Shown here one piece after another: positions 26,885 through 36,540 of a DNA stretch of 64,000 nt (within the stretch, counting starts at the first letter, position 1; each line of letters opens with the position of its first letter). The notes under the pieces were generated by a model. The model ran no database searches. It was not told the DNA's origin and saw only the letters and a program-made list of their open reading frames with translations. The stretch spans positions 2,761 through 66,760 of the forward strand of contig JBMOGE010000001.1 in the NCBI GenBank assembly GCA_049318525.1, read 5' to 3'. This DNA is from Miltoncostaeaceae bacterium (lineage in GTDB: Bacteria > Actinomycetota > Thermoleophilia > Miltoncostaeales > Miltoncostaeaceae). A program made the translations under genes and the position numbers.

Positions 26885-27346
26885 CTAGAGCGCGGGAAGC
26901 ACGACGCCGTGCGCCAGCGCCATGCCGGCAATCACCACGCCACCCAGGGCCACGACGAGCACCGCGAGACGCACTGCACCACGGCCGATGCGGCCCAGAC
27001 GGTCGCGAAATGCCGGGGCCAGCCCGTGGGGGGTGGCCCACGCAAACCACACGGCCAGCACCCCGCCAGCCACCAGGTAGTCGATGACGATGAACCCCGA
27101 GGGGTTAACGCCACGCAGTACCTGGATGATCATCACGGTCACGGAAGCGAGCAAAACCATGAGGAGCAGGGTGCGAATGGCACCCCGCACGCTCATGGCG
27201 CGGATCTCGCCCGCAGAGAGATCCCCGCCCCCAGCGACCGCCGCACGCATCCGGCGCTCGCCCACCTCCATACGGACAAAGAGGAGGACGAGCGCCAGAA
27301 TGAGCGCGATGTGCGGGATATGGGCGAGGAAGAGTTCCACAGCCAA
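26885..27346 (-). CDS. Uncharacterised 4-TM membrane protein downstream of oxidase subunit I
   Basis: 153 aa with four hydrophobic helices. It starts 9 nt after the subunit I stop. Confidence 0.6.
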   Translation of the reverse strand: MAVELFLAHIPHIALILALVLLFVRMEVGERRMRAAVAGGGDLSAGEIRAMSVRGAIRTLLLMVLLASVTVMIIQVLRGVNPSGFIVIDYLVAGGVLAVWFAWATPHGLAPAFRDRLGRIGRGAVRLAVLVVALGGVVIAGMALAHGVVLPAL

Positions 27347-27355
27347 CCCTGTCTA

Positions 27356-28957
27356 CTACTTGACCTCGGACCCCTGGCGAACCGAGGGGTCGTCGAACGG
27401 CGAACGCCTGAGCGTTGTGTAGAGGTTGACCAGGAAGATGATCTGAGCGATGACCAGGACGGCGAGGAACACCAGCGACAGGCGGGTCAGGTCCATGTAG
27501 TTCTCCGGCAGGCGGGACCATCGACGCGGAGCGCCATCAAGGCCCTGCCACATCTGGCATACCACCCAGCCATAGGCGCCGATCACGGTGCCCCAGAGGT
27601 GCCAGCTGCCCAGACGCTCGTTGAAGTGCGGTCGCCCCGTGAGTTCCGGGAGGAACGCGTACATGGCGCCGAAGATCAGCAGGCCCATGTTGAGGAAGGC
27701 CATGTTGTGGAAGTGGCCGACCACCCACAGCGTGTTGTGCAGGGTGTCCTGGAATGCCGATGTGGCGTTGATGATTCCCTGAAGCCCGGCGACGAGCCAC
27801 GAGATGGCACCGGCGATGAGGAACTTCGACGCGACGTTCCACTGGAAGTCGGATCGCCAGATGGTGGCCGCAAGCGAGAAGAGGCTCATGGCCGAGGGCA
27901 GCACCAGCGCGTAGGTGGTGGGCTGCATGATCGTGCCGAGCGTCTCCTGGACGTCGTTGCCGTCGGGGTAGTTCATGTACAGGTGGTGCGCCCACACGAA
28001 GAGGTTGAACGTGAGCGCGATGAGCCACGACACCGCGACTGCCCGTCCGGCCACAAGCGGCCTGCCCGCGTACCTCGGGATGAGGTAGTAGTAGGTGGCC
28101 GCGGCGGGGAAGAGCAGCAGGTAGACGACCGGGTGGCCGAATGCCCACAGCAGGTTGCCCGCCAGCAGGGTGTTGATGGAGAAGCCGCTGTCAGCCGACT
28201 GGATGATCTGAAATACGAGGAGCAGCGCGAACGGCAGCGTGGCCAGGAACATGTCCAGCGCGTTGACTGCGAGCGGCAGCACCGGGTATGGCTCAACCCC
28301 GCGCTTGGTCTTGAAGCGTGACGGCCACAGAAGTCCGAACCCGAAGGCCAGACCGATGCGCTGTCCCAGCGTGTCCTTCTCGGGCTTCAGGGCTGGCGAG
28401 ATGACGGTGTGCAGCACCCCTGCGCAGTAGGCGAGGATGGAGACACCGGCCAGAAGCACCGACGCCGAGAACACGCCCGTGACCAAGTCGCTCCACTGCC
28501 CGGAGGAGTTGAAGGCCAGCGGGTACAGGAAGACCCATGATCCGCCGAAGCCGCCGAGCAGCGTGGTGACCACGATGCCGAGCACTCCGATGACCATGGT
28601 CCAGTACGTGAGCTCCGGCAGGATGAACGACCGGATGGGGAAGCCGCACTTGAACAGCACCCACCAGCTGATTCCCATGAGGAAGAATCCGGCCCAGGCG
28701 ATGAATGCCCCGAGGCCGTGGGCGGTCATGATGGCGTACCAGAGGTTGCCGTCGAGCGAGATGAACTCGGCCTGGCCGAGCCTGAGAAGAAGCCCCAGCA
28801 CGCCGGCGATGCCGAGGAATGCCGTGGAGGTCCAGATCCAGCGCAGCACAAGGCGTCGCGTGCGGGTCTGGGTGAGAGCGAGCGGCGGATCCAACGCGAA
28901 GTCCGCGTCGTACGGCAGCCCACCAGCAGGCGGAGCGGGCGGATGTGCGGTCGTCAT
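27356..28957 (-). CDS. Heme-copper oxidase subunit I, B-family (ba3-like)
   Basis: Start at MTTAHPPAPP (ATGA overlap with the subunit II stop). Ligand motifs are WAFGHPVVYLLLFP, WAHHLY and VVGHFHNMAF. The pattern INATSAFQDTLHNTLWV resembles ba3-type rather than aa3-type enzymes. Confidence 0.9.
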   Translation of the reverse strand: MTTAHPPAPPAGGLPYDADFALDPPLALTQTRTRRLVLRWIWTSTAFLGIAGVLGLLLRLGQAEFISLDGNLWYAIMTAHGLGAFIAWAGFFLMGISWWVLFKCGFPIRSFILPELTYWTMVIGVLGIVVTTLLGGFGGSWVFLYPLAFNSSGQWSDLVTGVFSASVLLAGVSILAYCAGVLHTVISPALKPEKDTLGQRIGLAFGFGLLWPSRFKTKRGVEPYPVLPLAVNALDMFLATLPFALLLVFQIIQSADSGFSINTLLAGNLLWAFGHPVVYLLLFPAAATYYYLIPRYAGRPLVAGRAVAVSWLIALTFNLFVWAHHLYMNYPDGNDVQETLGTIMQPTTYALVLPSAMSLFSLAATIWRSDFQWNVASKFLIAGAISWLVAGLQGIINATSAFQDTLHNTLWVVGHFHNMAFLNMGLLIFGAMYAFLPELTGRPHFNERLGSWHLWGTVIGAYGWVVCQMWQGLDGAPRRWSRLPENYMDLTRLSLVFLAVLVIAQIIFLVNLYTTLRRSPFDDPSVRQGSEVK

Positions 28958-29484
28958 GCGGTCACCTTGAAGGCTGGGTAGATCATCTTGTGATGCTGGT
29001 ACCCGCAGAACTCGAAGCACCGGATGATGTACGTACCGGGCTCCGTGAACGTGTGGGTCCGCGTGGTCGTGTAATCGGGCACTGCCTGGACGTTCATGAT
29101 GAGGCGGCCCTGTGGGTCGAAGAGGCCCATGGCGTGGTTCACGTCCAGTGCGGTGACGTTGAACTGCACTGGCTCATTCACCTTGACGCTGGTGGGCTGA
29201 ACCGCCCACCCGAACTGAATGCCCGTCACCTGCACCCTCTGGCCGGGGCCATTGTCCTGAAACCACGGTGCACGCCAGATCGTGAGCGCGAGAAGAATGC
29301 CGAGGAGGATGACGATGAAGAGCGCCCACCACGGTTCCGCGCGCTCGGCCTTGCCGATGTCGACGCCCTCGCCCTTGTCGCGGCGTCCGCGCTTGGTCGA
29401 ATAGAGCACCACAGCGGTGATGATGAGGCCGAGTACGACAAAGATCATGTACCCAATGCCGATACCCATGCCGAGCGAGGTCAT
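28954..29484 (-). CDS. Heme-copper oxidase subunit II (CuA)
   Basis: CuA motif CFEFCGYQHHKM and two N-terminal TM helices. The start is uncertain (ATG 29484, GTG 29487 or TTG 29529). Confidence 0.85.
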   Translation of the reverse strand: MTSLGMGIGIGYMIFVVLGLIITAVVLYSTKRGRRDKGEGVDIGKAERAEPWWALFIVILLGILLALTIWRAPWFQDNGPGQRVQVTGIQFGWAVQPTSVKVNEPVQFNVTALDVNHAMGLFDPQGRLIMNVQAVPDYTTTRTHTFTEPGTYIIRCFEFCGYQHHKMIYPAFKVTA

Positions 29485-29604
29485 CACTGGAGTTGTCCAC
29501 CCCTTCGGGACGTGATTACAGAACGCCAATGACGCTATGGGCCGCGGGGGGGCACCTCAATTGGGGGACCTACGGGACCGCGCTGCGGGTTCTCCGCACC
29601 GCCG

Positions 29605-30174
29605 CTATGGCGCGAGCCGCTCCATCGTCCACCCCGTGGGCGCCCGGACGGCGATGAGGCGATCGTGCACGCCGTCCGGATCCTCCTGCCAGAACTCAAT
29701 GGTGCGGGGCTCGAGGCGGTGGCCCACCCACCCCGGCGGTGCCCCCTCATGCGGGTCGTCTGATCGCGCAGATGCCAGCAGCCGGATGAGGTCGCCGCGT
29801 GTCTCCATGCGGTCACCCTGCCTCCACGCCCACGCCGCAGCGCGGGTTTCGGACCTGCGACGGGCGAAGTGGGCATCCAGCTCGCTGCGCTCCAGCAGTA
29901 CCACCGGGCCCTCCACGCGCAGCTGCCGGCCCAGTGCGGGCCAGTAGAACACTCCGGCGGCATCGGCGCGCTCTGCGATGTCACGTGCTTTGCGCGACGA
30001 ATCGTCGGTGACCCACTCGACCCCACGCGCGCCCCACGCGCGCACGAACACCATGCGCGCCGAGGGCCGTCCGTCAATGCCAGCGGTGGCAAGTGTCATC
30101 GCCGCGGCCGCCGGAACGCCCGCATCACGGGCCTCGTCGATCCAACGGGTGAGGGCCGTCTGGGGGTGTGGCAT
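29605..30174 (-). CDS. pdxH: Pyridoxamine 5'-phosphate oxidase
   Basis: Start at MPHPQTALTRW. The C-terminal signature is IEFWQEDPDGVHDRL...GWTMERLAP. The longer 311-aa ORF would collide with the divergent ALDH start. Confidence 0.7.
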   Translation of the reverse strand: MPHPQTALTRWIDEARDAGVPAAAAMTLATAGIDGRPSARMVFVRAWGARGVEWVTDDSSRKARDIAERADAAGVFYWPALGRQLRVEGPVVLLERSELDAHFARRRSETRAAAWAWRQGDRMETRGDLIRLLASARSDDPHEGAPPGWVGHRLEPRTIEFWQEDPDGVHDRLIAVRAPTGWTMERLAP

Positions 30175-30241
30175 GAGGTGGTCGGGCAGTAGCGGTGGCA
30201 CGTCGCCATATTCGGCGCACGCTCGGGGGTAGCCTCCCGTC

Positions 30242-31699
30242 ATGCCCCGAATTGATGTGCCCCAGTGGATCCCCGTGCGTGGAATGGCCGACGGCGAGGT
30301 ATTGCCGGCCATTGGAGAGCGCGTCATCACCGCTCCATATGACGGGGATGAGATCGCCGTGGTGGACGACAACGGCGCCGAGGCTGTTGACCTCGCGGTG
30401 GCCACGGCCCGCCGGGCACTGGCAGTGGCACCCCCAGCGCAGGCGGAGCGCGCGCAGGTGCTCGACCGCGCCGCTCTGCTGGTGGCGGAACGCGGGGCTG
30501 TGCTGGCCACCATCATTGCCGCCGAGGCCGGGAAGCCCATCCGTCAGGCACGGGGCGAGGTCGCACGGTGCGTGGACACGCTCGGGTTCTCGGCGGCAGT
30601 GGCCCGCACGCTCGCCGGCGAGGTCATTCCGATGGATGCCTCGCAATCGGGGATCGACATGGTGGGCTACACGGTGCGCGAGCCCATTGGAGTGGTTGCG
30701 GCAATCACGCCGTTCAACTTCCCGCTCAACCTGGTGGCGCACAAGTTGGGTCCGGCCGTGGCTGCCGGTTGCCCGGTGGTGCTGAAGCCTGCGGGCCGGG
30801 CACCGCTGTCGGGCTTGGCGCTTGCCGCCATTCTCATTGAGGCGGGGTTGCCGCCGGCGATGCTGTCGTGGGTGCTCGGCGACGCCGAGGCGGGAGCACC
30901 GCTGGTGGCACATCCGGACATCGCGATGATCTCGTTTACCGGGGGCACGCAGGTGGGCTTGGCGATTCGCGCCGCGCGCTCCGACATCCGGGTGGCGCTG
31001 GAGCTCGGCAATGCCGCTCCGGTCATCGTGCACCACGATGCCGACGTGGCAGTGGCGGCCGATCGCATCGCGGCATCGGCATTTACCCATGCGGGGCAGT
31101 CGTGCATCTCGGTGCAGCGGATCCTCGTGCAGCGTGAGGTGCATGACGCGCTGGTGGATGAACTGCTGCCGAGAGTTGATGCATTGGTGGTGGGCGACCC
31201 GCTTGATGAGGCCACCGATGTGGGGCCGGTATTCGACCCGGCCTCGGCCACGCGCATCATGGAGTGGATTGACGAAGCCACTGGTCTGGGAGCCCGGGTA
31301 CTGCGCGGCGGCGTGATGGGGGACCACCCGGGGCTGCTCGCACCCACGGTCCTTGATGGCGTGGCACCCACCACCCAGTTGATGCGTGACGAGGCATTCG
31401 GTCCGGTGGTTGCCATTGCGGTGTACGACGGTATTGATGACGCCATCGCCGTGGCCAACGCCAGCCCGCTGGGGCTGCAGGCCGCCATCTTCACCGCGCG
31501 GGTTGACCGGGCGATGGCATGGGCGCGGCGGCTCGACTACGGCGCGGTGCTCATCAATGAGACCCCCACGTTCCGGGCGGACCACATGCCGTATGGCGGC
31601 GTACGCGATTCGGGTGACGCCCGCGAGGGGCCGGGCGCGGCCGTGATGGAGATGACCCGGCCCAAGCTGATCATCACCCGCCTCGCAGGCGGCGAATAG
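30242..31699 (+). CDS. NAD(P)-dependent aldehyde dehydrogenase
   Basis: 485 aa with the catalytic Glu region ELGNAAP and the Cys region HAGQSCISVQR. Confidence 0.9.
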   Translation: MPRIDVPQWIPVRGMADGEVLPAIGERVITAPYDGDEIAVVDDNGAEAVDLAVATARRALAVAPPAQAERAQVLDRAALLVAERGAVLATIIAAEAGKPIRQARGEVARCVDTLGFSAAVARTLAGEVIPMDASQSGIDMVGYTVREPIGVVAAITPFNFPLNLVAHKLGPAVAAGCPVVLKPAGRAPLSGLALAAILIEAGLPPAMLSWVLGDAEAGAPLVAHPDIAMISFTGGTQVGLAIRAARSDIRVALELGNAAPVIVHHDADVAVAADRIAASAFTHAGQSCISVQRILVQREVHDALVDELLPRVDALVVGDPLDEATDVGPVFDPASATRIMEWIDEATGLGARVLRGGVMGDHPGLLAPTVLDGVAPTTQLMRDEAFGPVVAIAVYDGIDDAIAVANASPLGLQAAIFTARVDRAMAWARRLDYGAVLINETPTFRADHMPYGGVRDSGDAREGPGAAVMEMTRPKLIITRLAGGE

Positions 31700-31711
31700 G
31701 GCCCCAAACGA

Positions 31712-31740
31712 CGAAGCCCCGCGGAGTGCGCGGGGCTTCG
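31712..31740. terminator. Hairpin between the ALDH stop and the tRNA-Tyr 3' end (bidirectional terminator candidate)
   Basis: 12-bp perfect stem (cgaagccccgcg / cgcggggcttcg) with a 5-nt loop. Confidence 0.5.
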
Positions 31741-31746
31741 TGTGCA

Positions 31747-31828
31747 TGGCGGGAGAAGGATTTGAACCTTCGTAGGCAGAGCCGGCGGTTTTACAGACCG
31801 CTCCCTTTGACCACTCGGGCATCCCGCC
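31747..31828 (-). tRNA. tRNA-Tyr (anticodon GTA), class II with a long variable arm; CCA not encoded
   Basis: GGCGGGATGCCCGAGTGGTCAAAGGGAGCGGTCTGTAAAACCGCCGGCTCTGCCTACGAAGGTTCAAATCCTTCTCCCGCCA folds as a cloverleaf: 7-bp acceptor stem, 5-bp anticodon stem, loop CTGTAAA, and T-arm GAAGG/CCTTC. Confidence 0.9.
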
Positions 31829-31962
31829 ACGGGCCGCGGGACCTTAGCGGAGGGAAGGTGCCCGACTCAACGCCTGATCGATTCCAGGCACATCAGACCA
31901 TGGCCCCGCCCCCTCCACCGACCCGACTCATCTCGGGTAAATGACGGGCGCGGCCGGAGTGG

Positions 31963-32676
31963 TCAGTCGGTGGTGCCGTCCGGTGTGGGGTCAAAGCGGT
32001 AGCCCACTCCGTAGTGCGTGACGACGAACTCGGTGCCGGGGATTGCCACCTTCAGCTTCTGGCGTACCTTGCGCACGAAGACGTCCACCGAGCGATCGCC
32101 GGCCATCATCTCGTAGCCCCAGGCCTCGCGATAGATCTTGTTTCGCGCGAGTGGCTTTCCGGCCGCCTTGGCCAGCACCAGCAGCACTTCGAACTCGCGC
32201 GGGGTCAGGCCCACACTGTTGCCGCCGGCGAAGGCCTGCACCTGGCCCGGATCGATGAGGAGCCCGTCAGACTCGATGGCGCCGTCATCCCCCCGGGACA
32301 GCTCGTTGTCGCGACGGCGCAGGTGTGCCGACACACGGGCCACCATCTCCTTCATCGAGAACGGCTTGGTGACGTAGTCGTCGGCCCCGATCTCCAGCCC
32401 GTGCACCCGGTCGTGCTCACTGGTGCGGGCGCTGCACATGATGACCGGCACGTCCGGGTCGTCTGAGCGAACCTCCTCGGTAAACCGCCAGCCATCCATC
32501 TGGGGCAGCATCAGGTCGAGGATGATGATGTCGGGCCGCTCGCGGCGAAACAGGCGCAGCCCCGTGCCTCCGTCGGCTGCCTGCAGCGTGCGGTACCCGG
32601 CCCGTCCGAGGTGGTACGCAAGGGAGTCAGCGATGGCGGCGTCGTCCTCGACGATCAGCACGGTGTGGGTGGCCAC
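31963..32676 (-). CDS. OmpR/PhoB-family response regulator (no adjacent histidine kinase)
   Basis: The receiver domain has EDD, the phospho-acceptor D in IIILDLMLP, and VTKPF. A winged-helix C-terminus follows (FEVLLVLA...GYRF). Confidence 0.9.
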   Translation of the reverse strand: MATHTVLIVEDDAAIADSLAYHLGRAGYRTLQAADGGTGLRLFRRERPDIIILDLMLPQMDGWRFTEEVRSDDPDVPVIMCSARTSEHDRVHGLEIGADDYVTKPFSMKEMVARVSAHLRRRDNELSRGDDGAIESDGLLIDPGQVQAFAGGNSVGLTPREFEVLLVLAKAAGKPLARNKIYREAWGYEMMAGDRSVDVFVRKVRQKLKVAIPGTEFVVTHYGVGYRFDPTPDGTTD

Positions 32677-32754
32677 GCCGATGACGCTATCAGCGGGGGA
32701 GGGTTCTCCGGTACGTGATGGGGTGCGTCGCGTCGGGCCCGATGTCTACGGTGC

Positions 32755-34458
32755 ATGCGTGCGTACGTTCGGACCCCGATGATCGGCAGCGGTGACCTGG
32801 TATCGGGTCGCTATCGCCTTGACCAGCCCATTGGCAGCGGGGGCATGGCCACGGTGTGGCGCGCCCGCGACGAGGTGACCGGCCGGGACGTGGCGCTCAA
32901 GCGCATGCACGCACGGGTGCAGGACGATCCGGACCTGATCGAACGCTTCCGGCGCGAGGCGCAGGTGGTGGCGCGGTTGTCGCATCCGGCAGTGGTGCGC
33001 CTGCTCGACGAGGGCGCCGACGACGACGGGCCATACATCGTGTTCGAACTCGTGGAGGGCACGAACCTGAAGGCCCTCATCCGGTCGCGCGGAGCGCTGT
33101 CGCCCGAACTCGCGGCATCAATCACCAGTCAGGTCGCCCGTGGTCTGGAGGTGGCGCACCGATCGGGCGTTGTGCACCGCGACATCAAGTCGCACAACGT
33201 GCTGGTGGCCGACGACGGCACGGCCAAGCTCACCGACTTCGGTATCGCCCGGCTGCTCGATGGCGACCAGGGTGGTCTCACGCGCACCGGCACCGTGCTT
33301 GGCACGAGCGACTATCTGGCACCAGAGCAGGCCCGCGGCCTGCGCGTGGACGGGCGAACCGATGTGTACTCGCTGGGCATCGTGGTGTACGAGTGCCTCA
33401 CGGGGCAGTTGCCATTTCCCGCCGACACGCCGATGGGCGTGGCCCAGCGCCAGGTGCGCGACCCAATGCCCGATCCCCGAGACGTGCAGCCGGGAATTCC
33501 CCCACATCTGGCATCGGTGGTGCTGCGCGCATGCGAGAAGGATCCGGCGGCGCGGTTTGGGTCGGCACTCGAGATGTCCGACGCACTGCTCGACGTACCG
33601 GTGGATGCCACCGGTGTGATGCCGGTGATCACGGCCACTGAATCTGATGACGTCACCGGTGCACTTGCTGTGACACCTGAGTCGGTGGTGCCACTGGACG
33701 ATGGTGACACGCAGTCCCGTCCAGCGGTTCCGCCTGCCGCACTGCCCCCGCCCCCGGCTGCGGAGCCTGCGGCGCATGTCCCAGAGGTTGAGCCTCCCCG
33801 CGATCCCGATGCCGAGGTGTTTGTGGCGCAGTCATCCGGGCGCCGTCGGGTGTGGCCCGGCGCCGTGGCGGCGCTGCTCATCGTGGCGCTCGCCGGGGTG
33901 GGTGCATTCATCGTGTGGCGTGGCAGCGGATCTGATGCCACGGTCACTCAGGCGTCCTCGTCCGCCTCCCGGCCCACAGCACCGCCAACTGATGTGATGG
34001 GTGCCGTGGGTCCGCTGCAACTGGCCTCGGTGAAGGACGTTGATCCGGGCGGGGAGGGCCGCGAGATGTCCGGCGAGGTTCCGCTGGCATATGACGGCAA
34101 CGAGGAGACGGCCTGGCGTACTGAGCGGTACGCGACTGCCGACTTCGGTGGGGTCGACAAGACGGGCGTGGGTCTGCAGTTCACCCTGCAGCAGCCGTCG
34201 GTGGCCACGCGCATGAACCTGATCACCAAGGGCACTGGCGGTTCGTTCCAGGTGCTTGCCGGACCCCCCGCAACCGATGCCCGCGTGGTGGGCGAGGGAA
34301 CATTCGGGAATGGCCGTCAGTCGGTGGATCTCACGCCGGGCGCGGCGTCTGACATCTACACGCTGTGGATCACGTCGTTGCCCCCCAACATCCTTGGTGG
34401 CGGCTACCGGGCATACGTGGCCGAGGCCTCGTTCGACGGCACCGTGCCAGAGGGCTGA
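32755..34458 (+). CDS. Ser/Thr protein kinase with one TM and a discoidin/F5-8-type-C-like ectodomain
   Basis: Kinase motifs IGSGGMATVW, VALKRM, HRDIKSHNVLV, DFGIA and APEQ. Next come a Pro-rich linker and a TM (VAALLIVALAGVGAFIVW). The C-terminal pattern AYDGNEETAWRTERY...YTLWITSL follows. The start could instead be 32779. Confidence 0.85.
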   Translation: MRAYVRTPMIGSGDLVSGRYRLDQPIGSGGMATVWRARDEVTGRDVALKRMHARVQDDPDLIERFRREAQVVARLSHPAVVRLLDEGADDDGPYIVFELVEGTNLKALIRSRGALSPELAASITSQVARGLEVAHRSGVVHRDIKSHNVLVADDGTAKLTDFGIARLLDGDQGGLTRTGTVLGTSDYLAPEQARGLRVDGRTDVYSLGIVVYECLTGQLPFPADTPMGVAQRQVRDPMPDPRDVQPGIPPHLASVVLRACEKDPAARFGSALEMSDALLDVPVDATGVMPVITATESDDVTGALAVTPESVVPLDDGDTQSRPAVPPAALPPPPAAEPAAHVPEVEPPRDPDAEVFVAQSSGRRRVWPGAVAALLIVALAGVGAFIVWRGSGSDATVTQASSSASRPTAPPTDVMGAVGPLQLASVKDVDPGGEGREMSGEVPLAYDGNEETAWRTERYATADFGGVDKTGVGLQFTLQQPSVATRMNLITKGTGGSFQVLAGPPATDARVVGEGTFGNGRQSVDLTPGAASDIYTLWITSLPPNILGGGYRAYVAEASFDGTVPEG

Positions 34459-34504
34459 CCTCACGTGGTGGAGGGCGCCCCCTCCCGGCGGCGAACCAGT
34501 CCAC

Positions 34505-35458
34505 GTGGACCTTCCGCCCGCATGGGAGGAGTCCCTTCGGGAACTCGACGAACGCCTCTCGCGGCAGGGGTCGCGCGCCCGTGCGCTCGCGCCGGCGTCG
34601 CGCGCTGGTTACGTGCGCGACTGCCGTCGGGTGGCGGCGTGGCTCGCCCCCCGGGGAGTGGGCAGCCCACGTGCCATCACCCCGTCCATGCTCGAGGCCG
34701 CACTGCGCGCGATCGGGTGGGGAGCAGCCAGTCGTCGCCGTGCCCTCACGGCGCTCCGGGAGTGGCTCGCCCCGCTGTTTGACCCTGGTCGCTCACCAGC
34801 CGATCTGATCGACGCCCCGCGCCCTCAGAGCGCACCGGTTCCCCGCCTTTCGCAGGACGAGGTTGTTGCCATGGCCGACCACATGGCCATGCTGGTCACT
34901 GACGCCGCGCCGCGATCCACGGCCCGTGCCCTGGCCATCCGCGACCGGGCCATCGTTGAGGTGCTCTACGGCAGCGCGCTGCGCCGCCAGGAGGCGTGCG
35001 ATCTGGTGTTGTCGTCGCTCGACTTCGAGAACGAGCTGCTCTCAGTGGTTGGCAAGGGCGGGTACTCGCGCACCGTGCCCATGACCGAGCCATGCGTTGA
35101 TGCCCTGCGCGAGTGGCTGGATGAGGGGCGACCGCGGCTGGCCGCCATGTCCGGGCTCACCGCCGCCTCCCGTGCCCGCGTATTCCTGTCGCGAACCGGT
35201 GCCGCACTCGATGGCGCCACGGTGTACCGCATCGTCAATCGCGGTCTCGAATCGCTTGGAAGGCGCGGTGGCCCGCACCTGCTGCGCCATGCCGCGGCCA
35301 CGCATCTGCTGGAGGGCCCAGGCGGCCGCGATGGCGCCCACCTGCGTGTGGTTCAGGAGTTTCTGGGGCATTCCAGCATCGCCACCACCGAGCGCTACAC
35401 CGGGGTCACCACCAAGGCGCTGCAGGAGACCCTGCGCCGCGCCCACCCGCGCGGATGA
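34505..35458 (+). CDS. Tyrosine recombinase, XerC/XerD family (first of two)
   Basis: Catalytic set present: R (ALRRQEA), K (GKGGYSR), HxxR (HLLRHAAATH), H (LGHSSIATT) and Y (ERYT). The GTG start at 34505 is the first in-frame start after the kinase stop. Confidence 0.85.
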   Translation: MDLPPAWEESLRELDERLSRQGSRARALAPASRAGYVRDCRRVAAWLAPRGVGSPRAITPSMLEAALRAIGWGAASRRRALTALREWLAPLFDPGRSPADLIDAPRPQSAPVPRLSQDEVVAMADHMAMLVTDAAPRSTARALAIRDRAIVEVLYGSALRRQEACDLVLSSLDFENELLSVVGKGGYSRTVPMTEPCVDALREWLDEGRPRLAAMSGLTAASRARVFLSRTGAALDGATVYRIVNRGLESLGRRGGPHLLRHAAATHLLEGPGGRDGAHLRVVQEFLGHSSIATTERYTGVTTKALQETLRRAHPRG

Positions 35459-36486
35459 CTGTGCAGGTGGACGACGCCGGATACCGCGCGCTGGTCGCCG
35501 GTTTTCTGGCCACACGCGGCAGTGTCAATACCCGCGCGGCGTATGCGCGCGATCTGCTCATCCTGGGTGAGGCGCTTGGGGTGGCCCCAGGCGGCGAAGA
35601 CGGTCCAGCATTTGGTGTGGAGGATGACCCGGGCGCCCGCCGGGCCGCTCTGCAGATGGCTGCCATCCCCCCCGATTGGTGGCAGCGCTGGCGGGATGCA
35701 CTGGAGGGGCGGCAGTCGAGCCGTGCCCGCCGCGTGGCCGCGGTGCGCGCATTCTGCCGCTGGTGGTCGCGCGGGCTGGCACTGCCCAACCCTGTGCAGG
35801 ACCTGCGACCACCATCTGCCGCCGCGCGCGGTCAGGAGCGTCTGCAGCGCGAGGTGTCGGCACTCACGCCGTCGCAGATGCGCCGTCTGTGCGACGCCGC
35901 GGCTGCCATGCCGGGTCCGCTTGGTCTTCGCACCCACGCGCTCATCGAGGTGCTCTACGGGTGCGGTCTGCGGGCCACCGAGGCGTCGGGCCTCGACATG
36001 TCAGCACTCCACCTCGACGACCTCGACGATCCGTACGTGGTGGTATTGGGCAAGGGCGGCAAGCACCGTGCCGTGGCGGTACCGGTGGTGGCCCGCGAGG
36101 TGCTCACGCGGTATCTGGCAACGGGCCGACCGGAACTGCGCGCACGTGATGTGACCCCTCGCAAGGCCCAGCAGCAGTACCGCGATGCCGATGCCGTATT
36201 CCTGGGCGCGCGCGGCCGGCGAATCGGGCGATCGGACGTGTGGCGCGAGGTAAACCGCGCGGCCGACAAGGCGGGTCTGGTGTCGGAGGGCGTGCGCGTG
36301 TTCCCCCATGCGCTGCGCCACTCATGCGGCACCCATCTGGTGCAGGCGGGAGTGGATATCCGGTACGTCCAGGCCCACCTTGGCCACGCCAGCCCGGTGA
36401 CCACCGAGGTGTACACGCACATCACCGCAAGCCACCTGCGGGAAGACTTCGACCGCGCCCACCCAAGAGCGCGACGAGCCTCGTAA
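35455..36486 (+). CDS. Tyrosine recombinase, XerC/XerD family (second of two)
   Basis: 343 aa with R (GLRATEA), K (GKGGKHR), HALRHSCGTH, LGHASPVTT and EVYTH. There is an ATGA overlap with the first recombinase. Confidence 0.9.
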   Translation: MTVQVDDAGYRALVAGFLATRGSVNTRAAYARDLLILGEALGVAPGGEDGPAFGVEDDPGARRAALQMAAIPPDWWQRWRDALEGRQSSRARRVAAVRAFCRWWSRGLALPNPVQDLRPPSAAARGQERLQREVSALTPSQMRRLCDAAAAMPGPLGLRTHALIEVLYGCGLRATEASGLDMSALHLDDLDDPYVVVLGKGGKHRAVAVPVVAREVLTRYLATGRPELRARDVTPRKAQQQYRDADAVFLGARGRRIGRSDVWREVNRAADKAGLVSEGVRVFPHALRHSCGTHLVQAGVDIRYVQAHLGHASPVTTEVYTHITASHLREDFDRAHPRARRAS

Positions 36487-36510
36487 CCATTTGTGACCCA
36501 ATCTGTATGG
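36487..36510. repeat. Direct repeat copy 1 (CCATTTGTGACCCAATCTGTATGG)
   Basis: Matches 36620..36643 at 19 of 24 positions (consensus CCAnTTGTGACCnnATCnGTAnGG). Confidence 0.4.
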
Positions 36511-36540
36511 GGTCAGACCCCGCCCGGGGTCTGACCCCAT
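36507..36540. terminator. Perfect 34-nt palindrome between convergent genes (bidirectional terminator candidate)
   Basis: ATGGGGTCAGACCCCG-CC-CGGGGTCTGACCCCAT, with 16-nt arms that are exact reverse complements. Confidence 0.6.

Noticed and set aside
26885-27346. 153-aa membrane protein as the missing EcfT component (it contains VRGAI and GRGAV, reminiscent of EcfT Ala-Arg-Gly motifs).
   Set aside because: It is too short for EcfT, lies upstream of the riboswitch, and is coupled to the oxidase genes instead.
36491-36518. 11-6-11 dif-like core site (TTGTGACCCAA-TCTGTA-TGGGGTCAGAC).
   Set aside because: It is not claimed as dif. The right arm is simply part of the 34-nt terminator palindrome. 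Only 8 of 11 positions are symmetric. It does not resemble the dif consensus I remember. It is kept only as a caveat in the recombinase finding.
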